From Minisyncoccota bacterium (GTDB lineage Bacteria > Patescibacteriota > Minisyncoccia > Phycocordibacterales > UBA9973), in contig DAONFW010000003.1 in assembly GCA_035403785.1 (NCBI GenBank), positions 14,009 to 78,008 on the forward strand: DNA of 64,000 nucleotides, read 5' to 3'. The position numbers and the translations under genes were made by a program. The notes below the pieces were generated by a model. That model had not been told where the DNA came from and ran no database searches. It saw nothing but the letters and a program-made list of their open reading frames with translations. Positions 28,213 through 36,921 of the stretch are shown here, in pieces. Position 1 is the stretch's first letter. Every line of letters starts with the position of its first letter.

Positions 28213-28585
28213 AATAATTTTTTCCTGATTTATAAGCATCGACAACATTTTGAGATGGATAAAATAATGGCTCTGGTAGACTCTCTACATCATACCAATT
28301 CCATTCACCAATCCTTTCTTTATCATCTGTTCTCACTTCTCCACTTTCCCATTCTGCTGTAAAATGAACTGCAATGTCGTGTCTATAAGAAAATCTATCT
28401 ATATTCGCTACATTTAAAAATTTAATATTCTTTATTTTTATTCCCGCTTCCTCCAAAGTTTCTCGCTTTACAGCATTTTCAAAACTTTCCATATACTCCA
28501 ATCTCCCACCAGGCATAGAATATTCTCCGGGTGCATGTTTTCCACAACGTTTACCCAACAAAATCTTTCCGTCTTTAAAAATCAT
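28199..28585 (-). CDS. NUDIX hydrolase
   Basis: Nudix box GGRLEYMESFENAVKRETLEEAGI. Confidence 0.82.
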   Translation of the reverse strand: MIFKDGKILLGKRCGKHAPGEYSMPGGRLEYMESFENAVKRETLEEAGIKIKNIKFLNVANIDRFSYRHDIAVHFTAEWESGEVRTDDKERIGEWNWYDVESLPEPLFYPSQNVVDAYKSGKNYYDKE

Positions 28586-28651
28586 TACTCCAACACAAGC
28601 TTGTGGTATTTTTTCTTTTTTCTTCTTTTTTTTTAAAAAGTTTTTTGAACA

Positions 28652-29824
28652 TTATTTTCTCAAAACCTGATTAATTTTCTGTGCCATTTTAATCATATCT
28701 TTCTCTTTCTTACCTCGTGTAGTCTCAGCACAAGTGCCAAGTCTCATACCTGACGGATCCATTGGCTTTCTTGTATCTCCCGGTATTGTATTCATATTTA
28801 CTATTATTCCCGCTTTTTCTAGTTTTTCACTCGCTTCTTTTCCAGAAATTCCGGAGCCATTCATCCAAGTATCTACTAAAATTAAATGCGAATCCGTGCC
28901 ACCTGAAATTATATGCCAACCGAGATTTTTTAATTCTTCTGCCAGAACTCTCGCATTTTTTACAACTTGCTTTGCATATTTTTTAAAATCTGGACTCATC
29001 GCTTCTTTCAAAGCAACAGCAACTGCGCCAATATTATTCTCATGCGGTCCACCGAATAATCCTGGAATAATAGCTTTATCTATTTTTTTATCAAATTCTC
29101 TCGCATCTTTTTTTACAAAAATTATTGCCTGTCGTGGTCCACGCAAAGATTTGTGCGTAGTCGTCATCACAACATCTGCATATTCGAATGGTGACGGATA
29201 AACTCCACCGGCAACGAGCCCAGCAAAATGTGACATATCTACATGAAGTAGTGCGCCACATGCATCTGCAATTTCTCTAAATTTTTTGAAATCAACAAAT
29301 CTTGGATACGCAGTGAAACCACACACGATAATGTTTGGCTTTTCTTTTTTTGCCAACTCTTTCAAATTTTCATAATCAATCATTTCTGTCTGCGCATCTA
29401 CTTCATACTGTACTGACTGCCAAAATTTTCCCGTCATTGAAGCTGGGTGTCCGTGTGTTAAGTGCCCACCAGAAGATAATTTCATTCCCATGATTTTTCC
29501 TCCCATTGGTACAAGCGCAGTATAGACAGCAAAGTTTGCCGGACTGCCAGACAAAGCTTGCACATTGGCATGCCATTTATTTTTATCTAATTTAAAAAGT
29601 TTCAACGCACGTTCGATACACAAGTTTTCTACTTTATCTATAATTTTATTTCCACCGTAATATCTTCTGCCTGGATATCCTTCTGCATATTTGTTAGTCA
29701 ATTCTGAACCCAAAGCTTGTAAAACATCTTTTGATACATAGTTTTCAGAAGCAATTAAATTAATCACACTTTTTTGTCTTTTTGCCTCTTCTTTGATAAG
29801 TTTCTCTATTTGTTTATCTTGCAT
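28652..29824 (-). CDS. glyA: Serine hydroxymethyltransferase
   Basis: LIASENYVSKDVLQALGSELTNKYAEGYPGRRYYGG...; PLP-lysine region TTTHKSLRGPR. Confidence 0.9.
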   Translation of the reverse strand: MQDKQIEKLIKEEAKRQKSVINLIASENYVSKDVLQALGSELTNKYAEGYPGRRYYGGNKIIDKVENLCIERALKLFKLDKNKWHANVQALSGSPANFAVYTALVPMGGKIMGMKLSSGGHLTHGHPASMTGKFWQSVQYEVDAQTEMIDYENLKELAKKEKPNIIVCGFTAYPRFVDFKKFREIADACGALLHVDMSHFAGLVAGGVYPSPFEYADVVMTTTHKSLRGPRQAIIFVKKDAREFDKKIDKAIIPGLFGGPHENNIGAVAVALKEAMSPDFKKYAKQVVKNARVLAEELKNLGWHIISGGTDSHLILVDTWMNGSGISGKEASEKLEKAGIIVNMNTIPGDTRKPMDPSGMRLGTCAETTRGKKEKDMIKMAQKINQVLRK

Positions 29825-30735
29825 GGGTTAATTTTATCACATTTTATTTCTATTTGCCCAAGCTCGTCTGTTCTAAAAATCTGCACTTTAAAATTAGCCA
29901 AAAGATCCAGAATTTCCTGCTTTGGATGGCCAAATTTGTTTTTTAAACCAACTGAAATGACAGCATATTCTGGCTTAACGGCATTCAGAAAATCAACAGA
30001 CGTAGAAGTTTTCGAGCCATGATGGCCAACTTTCAAAATATCACTCTGCAGGCTTTCAGCTGTATTTTCAGATAAAATTATTTCTTCTGTTTTAACAGGC
30101 GCATCACCGGTAAACATAATAGAATTTTCTCCATAAACTATCCGCATCACAATAGAAGCCTCATTTGTTTCAAAATTAGAAACATCTCTGTCTGGAAATA
30201 AAATTTCGATATAAGCACCATCGCCGATATCTACCCGCGTGCCTCTTTTTGCCAAAAGATCTTTTATATTTTTTTCTTTAATTAAATTTTTAAAACTCTG
30301 AAAAGTCTGCGAATCTACTGAAACGCCAGATTCAAAAATCAATCCAACAGAATAATTTTCCAAAACATCTAAAATTCCACCGATATGATCTTGATCTGGG
30401 TGTGAAATAAAAACAAGATCAATACTTCTATCAGTTGGTGGCACGACACTAGCAAGCTGGCTAAGAATTTTATTCGGCGGACCAGTATCTACGAGCGCCT
30501 GAATTCCTGTCGGCGACTCAATGAGAAAAGCATCGCCCTGACCAACGTCTAGTACATAGACTATGAGATTTTTTTCTTCATTTTCCTTTTCATTTTTATC
30601 TAAATTTTTTTCTGCTACCGGATTTTTTATTTGCGCCGTAGGTCTATTGTTTTCTACCCAAAATAAAATAGCGACAAAAAACAAAAGTAAAATAAAAAAA
30701 GTAAAAAGCTTATTCTTTTTTGGTCTTTTTGCCAT
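29806..30735 (-). CDS. ComEC/Rec2-type metallo-beta-lactamase-fold nuclease domain protein (membrane-anchored), encoded separately from the ComEC channel
   Basis: N-terminal TM; VLDVGQGDAFLI, ISHPDQDHIGG, KVGHHGSKTS MBL motifs, typical of the ComEC C-terminal domain. Confidence 0.8.
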   Translation of the reverse strand: MAKRPKKNKLFTFFILLLFFVAILFWVENNRPTAQIKNPVAEKNLDKNEKENEEKNLIVYVLDVGQGDAFLIESPTGIQALVDTGPPNKILSQLASVVPPTDRSIDLVFISHPDQDHIGGILDVLENYSVGLIFESGVSVDSQTFQSFKNLIKEKNIKDLLAKRGTRVDIGDGAYIEILFPDRDVSNFETNEASIVMRIVYGENSIMFTGDAPVKTEEIILSENTAESLQSDILKVGHHGSKTSTSVDFLNAVKPEYAVISVGLKNKFGHPKQEILDLLANFKVQIFRTDELGQIEIKCDKINPCKINK

Positions 30736-30743
30736 GTTATAAT
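30735..30743 (+). promoter_or_regulatory. Extended -10 promoter (TGtTATAAT) placing sodA as a leaderless mRNA
   Basis: TGTTATAAT ends 6 nt before the sodA ATG at 30750; no SD. Confidence 0.4.
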
Positions 30744-30749
30744 GTTAAC

Positions 30750-31337
30750 ATGCAAACATTTACACCAAAAACTTTCAATTTACCAACAGAACTAAAAGGC
30801 ATATCAGCAAAAAACGTATCAGAACATTTGAAACTTTATGCTGGTTATGTGAATAATTCTAATTTAATTTTTGATAAACTTTCTGAATTAAAATCAGACC
30901 CAGAAAAAAATGGTTATATTCTTGCAGAATTACAACGCAGATTTGGTTTTGAATTCGACGGCATGCGCAATCATGAATATTATTTCGAATCTTTGTCAGA
31001 CGGCGCAAAAGAAATAAACAAAGCAAGTGAATTATATAAAAAAATAGAAAAAGATTGGGGAAATTTTGAAAATTTTCTAGCGCATTTCAAATTCGTCGCA
31101 ACAACGCGAGGCATAGGCTGGACTATTTTATATTTTGATAAAATTACAGATAAATTAATCATCACTTGGGTAGACGAGCATCATTTGGGACAACTTACCG
31201 GACTAACACCAATTCTGTGTCTTGATATGTGGGAACATGCTTATTATCTAGATTACACACCAGCAGAAAAGAAAAAATATATTGAAGCTTTTTTTGAAAA
31301 TTTAAATTGGGAGAAAGTAGAGAAAAATTTTAAATAA
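30750..31337 (+). CDS. sodA: Fe/Mn superoxide dismutase
   Basis: ...DMWEHAYYLDY... SOD signature. Start at ATG 30750 (the track ORF begins at an upstream TTG). Confidence 0.9.
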   Translation: MQTFTPKTFNLPTELKGISAKNVSEHLKLYAGYVNNSNLIFDKLSELKSDPEKNGYILAELQRRFGFEFDGMRNHEYYFESLSDGAKEINKASELYKKIEKDWGNFENFLAHFKFVATTRGIGWTILYFDKITDKLIITWVDEHHLGQLTGLTPILCLDMWEHAYYLDYTPAEKKKYIEAFFENLNWEKVEKNFK

Positions 31338-31378
31338 AAAAAGCCCCTGACAATGAAATGTCAGGGGACGAGCTATTT
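31333..31378. terminator. Terminator hairpin between sodA (+) and the 31389..32051 gene (-)
   Basis: AAAAAAGCCCCTGACA-ATGAAA-TGTCAGGGG. Confidence 0.6.
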
Positions 31379-31388
31379 TAGCTCAAAA

Positions 31389-32051
31389 TTATTTCTTACC
31401 TTTTCTACGTGGATCCGGCTTCTTCTTCGGCAATGGTTCAACCACGGATTCATTAGAGTGGATATGTAAATTTTCTACATTTCCGATGTAATAAATCGAG
31501 CCACTGCCTGCCGGAGGCACGGGCGGAACAGGAGGAACCGGTTCGGTCAGTGCGGGATCCGCAGTTGGTGCAGCTCCAGGAGTTGCCGGAGCAGAAGGTT
31601 TTGCGGCAGGTTTCGAATTTTTCTGGAAAATCATTTTGGCCAATTTTATCAATCCCCATATAGCAAGGGCTACCAGAAAGAGTCCCAGGAAAAAAAGTAG
31701 CAAGCCGAGAAAAAATTCCATAACCGGCCAAAGCCAATCCAGCCCACTGCTAGTCTTATGACTGGTGGCAGTAGAGGCACTTCCTGCTTTTTGACGAGTC
31801 GAATCTCCAGAGATCACCGTGTCTTTTTTAAGAACGAGAGGAACAACAACGTCTTTCATCCCGATCAGTTTGGGCTGAGAAAGAAGCTTTCCATCACACG
31901 AATACCTGGGAGCAGTAATCGGCTCCTGATAAATAATGGACGTATCCATCTGAACAGTGATTTTTATGTCCTTTGATTTATGCTCAACCTGATGGGAGCA
32001 ACTGGCAAACAAAATAGCCAGTACAGAAAAAATAAACAGAACTTTCTTCAT
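31389..32051 (-). CDS. Putative lipoprotein / membrane protein, Pro-rich, compositionally GC-rich relative to its neighbours
   Basis: Lipobox-like LFASCS after the signal peptide; central TM; PVPPVPPVPP tract; basic C-terminus. GC visibly elevated (runs of GGCGG/CCGG). Confidence 0.5.
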   Translation of the reverse strand: MKKVLFIFSVLAILFASCSHQVEHKSKDIKITVQMDTSIIYQEPITAPRYSCDGKLLSQPKLIGMKDVVVPLVLKKDTVISGDSTRQKAGSASTATSHKTSSGLDWLWPVMEFFLGLLLFFLGLFLVALAIWGLIKLAKMIFQKNSKPAAKPSAPATPGAAPTADPALTEPVPPVPPVPPAGSGSIYYIGNVENLHIHSNESVVEPLPKKKPDPRRKGKK

Positions 32052-32112
32052 TTTCTTAAATTTTAAGGTTTTCTGATATAAAGAATATCACACTTTATTG
32101 AAAAAGTCAAGC

Positions 32113-33609
32113 TTAAATCCCCTTAAAAAACAGCTTAATATCACGCCAAAATATCAAATAAATAAAATATAAATATATTAAAACTGTAATAATCAACGGA
32201 AAATTTTTGATAGTAAAAGCAGCAAACGGCAAACTGCCAAAAAATTTTATTATAAATAATTCATAATGCAGTAAGAAATAAGCAACATAACCAAACGGCG
32301 CTGCAAGCAAATACCAAATGAAACTAAAAATTCCAGAAAGAAAGCCGAGCAGCATAGTGAACGGAATAAAAGGCAAAACTAAAATATTAGTCGGCAAAGC
32401 TACGACTGATAAATTCCCCATTTTGTACAAAATAAATGGCAAGACGAAAATATACGCCGCTGTTGTGACTGTTACGATATCACGCAAACCAAAATTTTCT
32501 GTAATCCAATAAAAATATTTTTCTATTTTTGGCGTGAAATAAATCACAGCAACTGTCGCAATGAAAGAAAGCTGAAAAGAAATATCGTAATACAAGATCA
32601 TGGGATTTAAGAAAGTCATGACAACAGCAGCGAGAACCAAAGCGCGAGCGACGTCATAATTTCTACCAGTAGCGCGCGCAAAAAGCATAAGCACCGCCAT
32701 AATCCCCGCCCGCACGGCCGTCGCGCCAGCCCCAGACATCATAACGAACAAAATAATAGCTACAATTCCAAACCAAATTCCAATACCGTATGGCAGAAAT
32801 TTGAAAAGCTGCATGATCCACTCTGCAATAATAGTCACGTTGTAACCAGAAAGCGCAACGATGTGTATCGTGCCAGTGTTCACAAAACTATTTCGCAAAT
32901 TCTGATCAAAAGAAGATTTTTCACCCAGAATCAGTCCATTCATTAATAAATTTTCAGGATTTGGAATTAAAGCATTTATTTTTTTAACAAAACTGCTTTT
33001 TATTTTAAACAAATTAGCTTTTATAAAGCCAGCTTGATTATTTTCTAAAATCTTAATTTTTGGGTAATTAATTAGATATAAAATATTATCTTTTTTTAAA
33101 TAATTTATATAATCAAATATTTTTTCCTGATCTGTGGCAAAATTTTCTGCTTTTTCTAAAATTCCATAAAATTTTATTTCATCGCCATAATTAAAAGTCT
33201 GCTCAAAATCAGTAGTCAGTAAGATTTTTAAATCCTGCTTTTTATTTTCTGGATTTTGCACTGTTACCAATAATTTCTGATTATAATCTCGCATATCTAC
33301 GTCATCAGAAACAATACCAGTCAGTTCTATTTTCTGTTCTACTTTATTTTCCAAGAAAGTAGGAATATTTTTGCTATAAAAATAAAATCTAAATAAACCC
33401 AAAGAAATACACAAAATAAAAACAGAAAAAATTATTCCCCACTTATTCTGTCTAGATATAAAAATAAAATACAAAAATAAACAAAAAGCTAGAAATAATA
33501 AAAAATAAATTAAATTATAATTTGCAAAGAAAAAATCTTGCGCAGTAGAAATCAAAAATACTCCGATTATAAAACCGAAGCATATTGCATAAAAAATTCT
33601 GTCACGCAT
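32113..33609 (-). CDS. comEC: ComEC/Rec2 DNA-uptake channel protein (DUF4131 + competence domains only)
   Basis: 498-aa polytopic membrane protein with the ComEC N-terminal and competence-domain pattern; lacks the MBL domain, which is encoded at 29806..30735. Confidence 0.78.
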   Translation of the reverse strand: MRDRIFYAICFGFIIGVFLISTAQDFFFANYNLIYFLLFLAFCLFLYFIFISRQNKWGIIFSVFILCISLGLFRFYFYSKNIPTFLENKVEQKIELTGIVSDDVDMRDYNQKLLVTVQNPENKKQDLKILLTTDFEQTFNYGDEIKFYGILEKAENFATDQEKIFDYINYLKKDNILYLINYPKIKILENNQAGFIKANLFKIKSSFVKKINALIPNPENLLMNGLILGEKSSFDQNLRNSFVNTGTIHIVALSGYNVTIIAEWIMQLFKFLPYGIGIWFGIVAIILFVMMSGAGATAVRAGIMAVLMLFARATGRNYDVARALVLAAVVMTFLNPMILYYDISFQLSFIATVAVIYFTPKIEKYFYWITENFGLRDIVTVTTAAYIFVLPFILYKMGNLSVVALPTNILVLPFIPFTMLLGFLSGIFSFIWYLLAAPFGYVAYFLLHYELFIIKFFGSLPFAAFTIKNFPLIITVLIYLYFIYLIFWRDIKLFFKGI

Positions 33610-33640
33610 ATTTTTTTATAAAAATTTTTGTTTTTGATAC

Positions 33641-34153
33641 TTAGAAAAACTTTTTGTAATCTTTTAAACTACCAGCAAAAAGCAAAACTCTGTTACCTGC
33701 TGCGAAACCTGTTGCAATCTGATCGCATCTCTCGTTCAATTCAACACCGTCATGACCTTTCACTTTCGTCCATTTTATTTCATATTTGTGTTTTAGATCC
33801 AAAGTAAGCTTAACTAATTCTTCCCATAAATCTTTATTCAAAACAGGATCCTTACTAGCTGTGCGCCAGTTATTTTTCATCCAAGAAAAAACCCAACTCG
33901 TTATACCATTTAACAAATATCCAGAATCTGTATGAATATTTATTTTTCCACCAGAAATTTTTCTATCTTGCACTTCCCGCAAAGCCTGAATCGCAGCCGT
34001 CATTTCCATTCTGTTATTAGTAGAATTCTTTTCATTGCCACCAAGCTCTATTACTTTCTCATCTGGCGCAATAATTACACTTCCCCAACCACCAGGACCG
34101 GGATTTCCTAACGAGCTACCGTCTGTGTAAATTATAATTTCATCTTTTTTCAT
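33641..34153 (-). CDS. rnhA: Ribonuclease HI
   Basis: IIYTDGSSLGNPGPGGWG; DEDD catalytic pattern. Confidence 0.9.
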   Translation of the reverse strand: MKKDEIIIYTDGSSLGNPGPGGWGSVIIAPDEKVIELGGNEKNSTNNRMEMTAAIQALREVQDRKISGGKINIHTDSGYLLNGITSWVFSWMKNNWRTASKDPVLNKDLWEELVKLTLDLKHKYEIKWTKVKGHDGVELNERCDQIATGFAAGNRVLLFAGSLKDYKKFF

Positions 34154-34187
34154 AAATTAAATTATACAAGATATTTTATCACACAAA

Positions 34188-35852
34188 TTAAAATATTTCA
34201 GAAATTTTTAATCTTAATTCTTCTTTCCCACCAAACCTAGAAAACTCTACAGTAGCAAGCAAATTTACTTTCAAGTTTTCTTCTATTTTTGTTTTAAAAG
34301 ATTCTAAATTAGAAAAAAAAGCAATAGCTTTTACTTTTTTGTTATTAGAATCAGAAAAAGTTATCTCGAGATGCTCGCCCGAATTATTTTTTCCAAATTT
34401 TTTGATTTTATTTATTAATATATTTTTAAATAAAAAAACTGGTTTTTCATTACCTAAACCAAACGGGCTTAATTTTTCCAAATCTTTCCAAGTTTTCATA
34501 TTTATTAAACTAAAATCATTTTCTAGTTCTATATCAAAATTTTCTGATTCTACTTTTTGTTCTAGTTTTTTCAAATTACTTAAAGACTTTATTAAAGCAT
34601 CTTCAAGAAAATGTATTTTGTCGTTATGCACGGTGAAACCTCCAGCTTGTTCGTGTCCACCCATTTCAGAAAAATAATCTTTACTATAAACCATCAAATC
34701 AACCACAGAAACAGCGCCGTTCGATCTGCAAGAACCTTTTATCAAATCATTCTCATCTTTTCCCCAAACAAAAACTGTTTTGTTGTATTCGTCTACTATC
34801 TTCCCAGCAACAAGACCCAAAACGCCAACTTTCCACTTCGGATTGCCAATTACTATTATTTCATTAAGCTCGTCACGTTTTTCAAATTTTTTATTCACTT
34901 CCCGCATAATACTAGCAACTATTAATTTTCTATCATCATTTATTTTAGTTAAATGTTTAGCAAGTTCTCCTGCTTGTGCCTCATCTTGAGTAGAAAGTAA
35001 TTCAAAAGCTCTAAGTGGATCATCCATTCGTGAAGCTGCATTCAGCCTGGGTGTGATCATGAAAGTCACATCATCTTCAACAAGATGTCTCTGATCTATA
35101 TACATTTTTGCTAAAAGTTTTTGCAAGCCAGGTCTTTTTGTTTTTCTCAAAACTTTCATTCCAAAAACTGCAAGCACTCTGTTTTCTCCCAAGAGTGGCA
35201 CTCTATCTGACAAAGTAGCTAAACCAACCATATCCAAAAGCCACTTTTCCCAACCTTTATGAATTTTGTAATATTCGCTATACTTCTCTACAAAAGCCTG
35301 CACAAATTTGAAAGCAACACCAGAACCGCATAACATTTTTTCTGGATATTCATCTGTTTTTGGATTCAAAATAGCATAAGCTCTTGGTAAAATTTCAAGT
35401 GGAATATGATGATCTGTAATTATTACATCTATTCCATCAACTTCTGCTTGGGCAACTTCCTGCACGGCAGTAATTCCTAAATCAACAGTGATCAAAAGTT
35501 TCACTTTTTTGTCTGCAAATTCTTTAATAGCGCTCATGTTTAAGCCGTAACCTTCTGAGTTTCTCATTGGAATATAAACTTCATAATTTTTGTATCCAAT
35601 TTTTTTCAACAAATCATCTAGAATAACAGCCCCCGGTATTCCATCAGCATCATAATCAGAATAAATCATTATCTTTTCTTGCGCTTCTACTGCTTCAAAA
35701 AGTCGTACACACGCCTTTCCCATGTCGCGCATTAAAAAAGGATCATGCAAATCAGTTTCAAAATTTGGATTTAAAAATTTCTCTATTTGCTCGTCTGTTT
35801 TTATCCCTCTTTTTTTAAGAAGAATTTGAATAATTTCAGAATATTTTTGCAT
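34188..35852 (-). CDS. recJ: Single-stranded-DNA-specific exonuclease RecJ
   Basis: DHH motifs (IMIYSDYDADGI, ITDHH) and DHHA1 region. Confidence 0.9.
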   Translation of the reverse strand: MQKYSEIIQILLKKRGIKTDEQIEKFLNPNFETDLHDPFLMRDMGKACVRLFEAVEAQEKIMIYSDYDADGIPGAVILDDLLKKIGYKNYEVYIPMRNSEGYGLNMSAIKEFADKKVKLLITVDLGITAVQEVAQAEVDGIDVIITDHHIPLEILPRAYAILNPKTDEYPEKMLCGSGVAFKFVQAFVEKYSEYYKIHKGWEKWLLDMVGLATLSDRVPLLGENRVLAVFGMKVLRKTKRPGLQKLLAKMYIDQRHLVEDDVTFMITPRLNAASRMDDPLRAFELLSTQDEAQAGELAKHLTKINDDRKLIVASIMREVNKKFEKRDELNEIIVIGNPKWKVGVLGLVAGKIVDEYNKTVFVWGKDENDLIKGSCRSNGAVSVVDLMVYSKDYFSEMGGHEQAGGFTVHNDKIHFLEDALIKSLSNLKKLEQKVESENFDIELENDFSLINMKTWKDLEKLSPFGLGNEKPVFLFKNILINKIKKFGKNNSGEHLEITFSDSNNKKVKAIAFFSNLESFKTKIEENLKVNLLATVEFSRFGGKEELRLKISEIF

Positions 35853-35980
35853 TTTGTTAGTATATCACAATAATTTTCATACTTTATATTTGACATAATA
35901 CTTTTTTCGTGTAAAATAGACAGCTGAAGAGATATATTTGTTCTTCGTAATTAAATTACAAACCCTTTAAAAATTTAAGC

Positions 35981-36376
35981 ATGACAGAAATGACAGTAGC
36001 AGAAAACAATGCGCAAAAAAACAGAACCAGACAGAAAAAAACTACACTGCCTTCAGCGGTTGAAAAAATCTTATCCATCTTTAATGGTGCAGAAGATTGG
36101 AATCCCAAAGATCCAAATTTCCGTCCAGTTCTTAACAAAACTTACAAGGTAAAAAGGCCCATGTTCGTAGAAAGTTATCCGGTAAGAGTAAAAGACCAAG
36201 AAAACTACCGCCGTAATGGTAAAACAGACAAAAAGAAACGACATTTTTTAAAATTTCGTCTCGTTTCATTTGTAGGAGAAAATAACGTCCTAATAGCTGG
36301 AAGAAAATTCAGACCAAACGGAACTTTGTCAGAAAGAAGATACTGCGCAGAAATTCCCTTAAAGGGAGTGGCATAG
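35981..36376 (+). CDS. Hypothetical small basic protein (131 aa); coding status uncertain
   Basis: ORF in a compositionally distinct (A/C-rich) stretch with no SD, ending 20 nt before a strong terminator. No domain recognised. Confidence 0.35.
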   Translation: MTEMTVAENNAQKNRTRQKKTTLPSAVEKILSIFNGAEDWNPKDPNFRPVLNKTYKVKRPMFVESYPVRVKDQENYRRNGKTDKKKRHFLKFRLVSFVGENNVLIAGRKFRPNGTLSERRYCAEIPLKGVA

Positions 36377-36397
36377 TTGCCAATGCTTCGACAATTC

Positions 36398-36431
36398 AAC
36401 GCTGTGGAATTTATTCCACGGCGTTTTTTTA
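36398..36431 (+). terminator. Strong rho-independent terminator
   Basis: AACGCTGTGGAAT-TT-ATTCCACGGCGTTTTTTT. Confidence 0.8.
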
Positions 36432-36458
36432 TTTCCTAAAATCTGTTATTATGAAAAT

Positions 36459-36860
36459 ATGCACCAAGAAGAAAATTGCATTTTTTGCAAAATAATTAAA
36501 AAAGAAATTCCTTGCGATTTAATTTATGAAAACAATAAATTTTTTGTTTTTTTAGATATAAATCCAGTATCACATGGGCACATTTTGATTATTCCCAAAA
36601 AACATATAGTCTGGATGCAAGAAGCAGATGATAAAACGATATCTGACATTTTCAAACTGACAAAAAAAATAATGCTCGCCATGAAAAAAGGAATGATGTG
36701 TGATTATGTACAGATCAGCGTGAACGGTGAAGAGGTTCCACATTTTCATATTCATGTAATTCCAAGATATTTTGATGATAATCTACCACAATTTCCAAGA
36801 AAGAAATACCAAGAAGGTGAACCTTCTGAATTAGTTAAAAGACTCACTCAAGCATTGTAA
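36459..36860 (+). CDS. HIT-family (histidine triad) protein
   Basis: HFHIHVIP histidine triad; preceded by a TGTTATTAT -10 five nt upstream of the ATG (leaderless). Confidence 0.85.
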   Translation: MHQEENCIFCKIIKKEIPCDLIYENNKFFVFLDINPVSHGHILIIPKKHIVWMQEADDKTISDIFKLTKKIMLAMKKGMMCDYVQISVNGEEVPHFHIHVIPRYFDDNLPQFPRKKYQEGEPSELVKRLTQAL

Positions 36861-36874
36861 AGACAAACAAAATA

Positions 36875-36908
36875 AAAACTGTCAGATTTTCTGACAGTTT
36901 TTATTTTT
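36875..36908. terminator. Bidirectional terminator between HIT (+) and pgk (-)
   Basis: AAAACTGTCAGA-TTT-TCTGACAGTTTTTATTTTT. Confidence 0.7.
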
Positions 36909-36921
36909 GAAAAATTTGTTT

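Noticed and set aside
28586-28651. Perfect 12-nt palindrome CACAAGCTTGTG followed by a long T-tract between glyA and the NUDIX gene
   Set aside because: It forms a terminator-like structure only on the plus strand, where no gene is transcribed. It is probably incidental or an antisense stop, and is not pursued.
35956-36431. tmRNA (ssrA), RNase P RNA, SRP RNA or 6S RNA at the compositionally odd locus after recJ
   Set aside because: I could not find the tmRNA tRNA-like ends (GGGG...UCCACCA) or an ...ALAA tag reading frame. The RNase P P4 strands (AGGAAAGUCCGGGC / ACAGAANCCGGCUUA) are absent. The SRP domain IV motif is absent. The region is left as an unresolved ORF/ncRNA finding.
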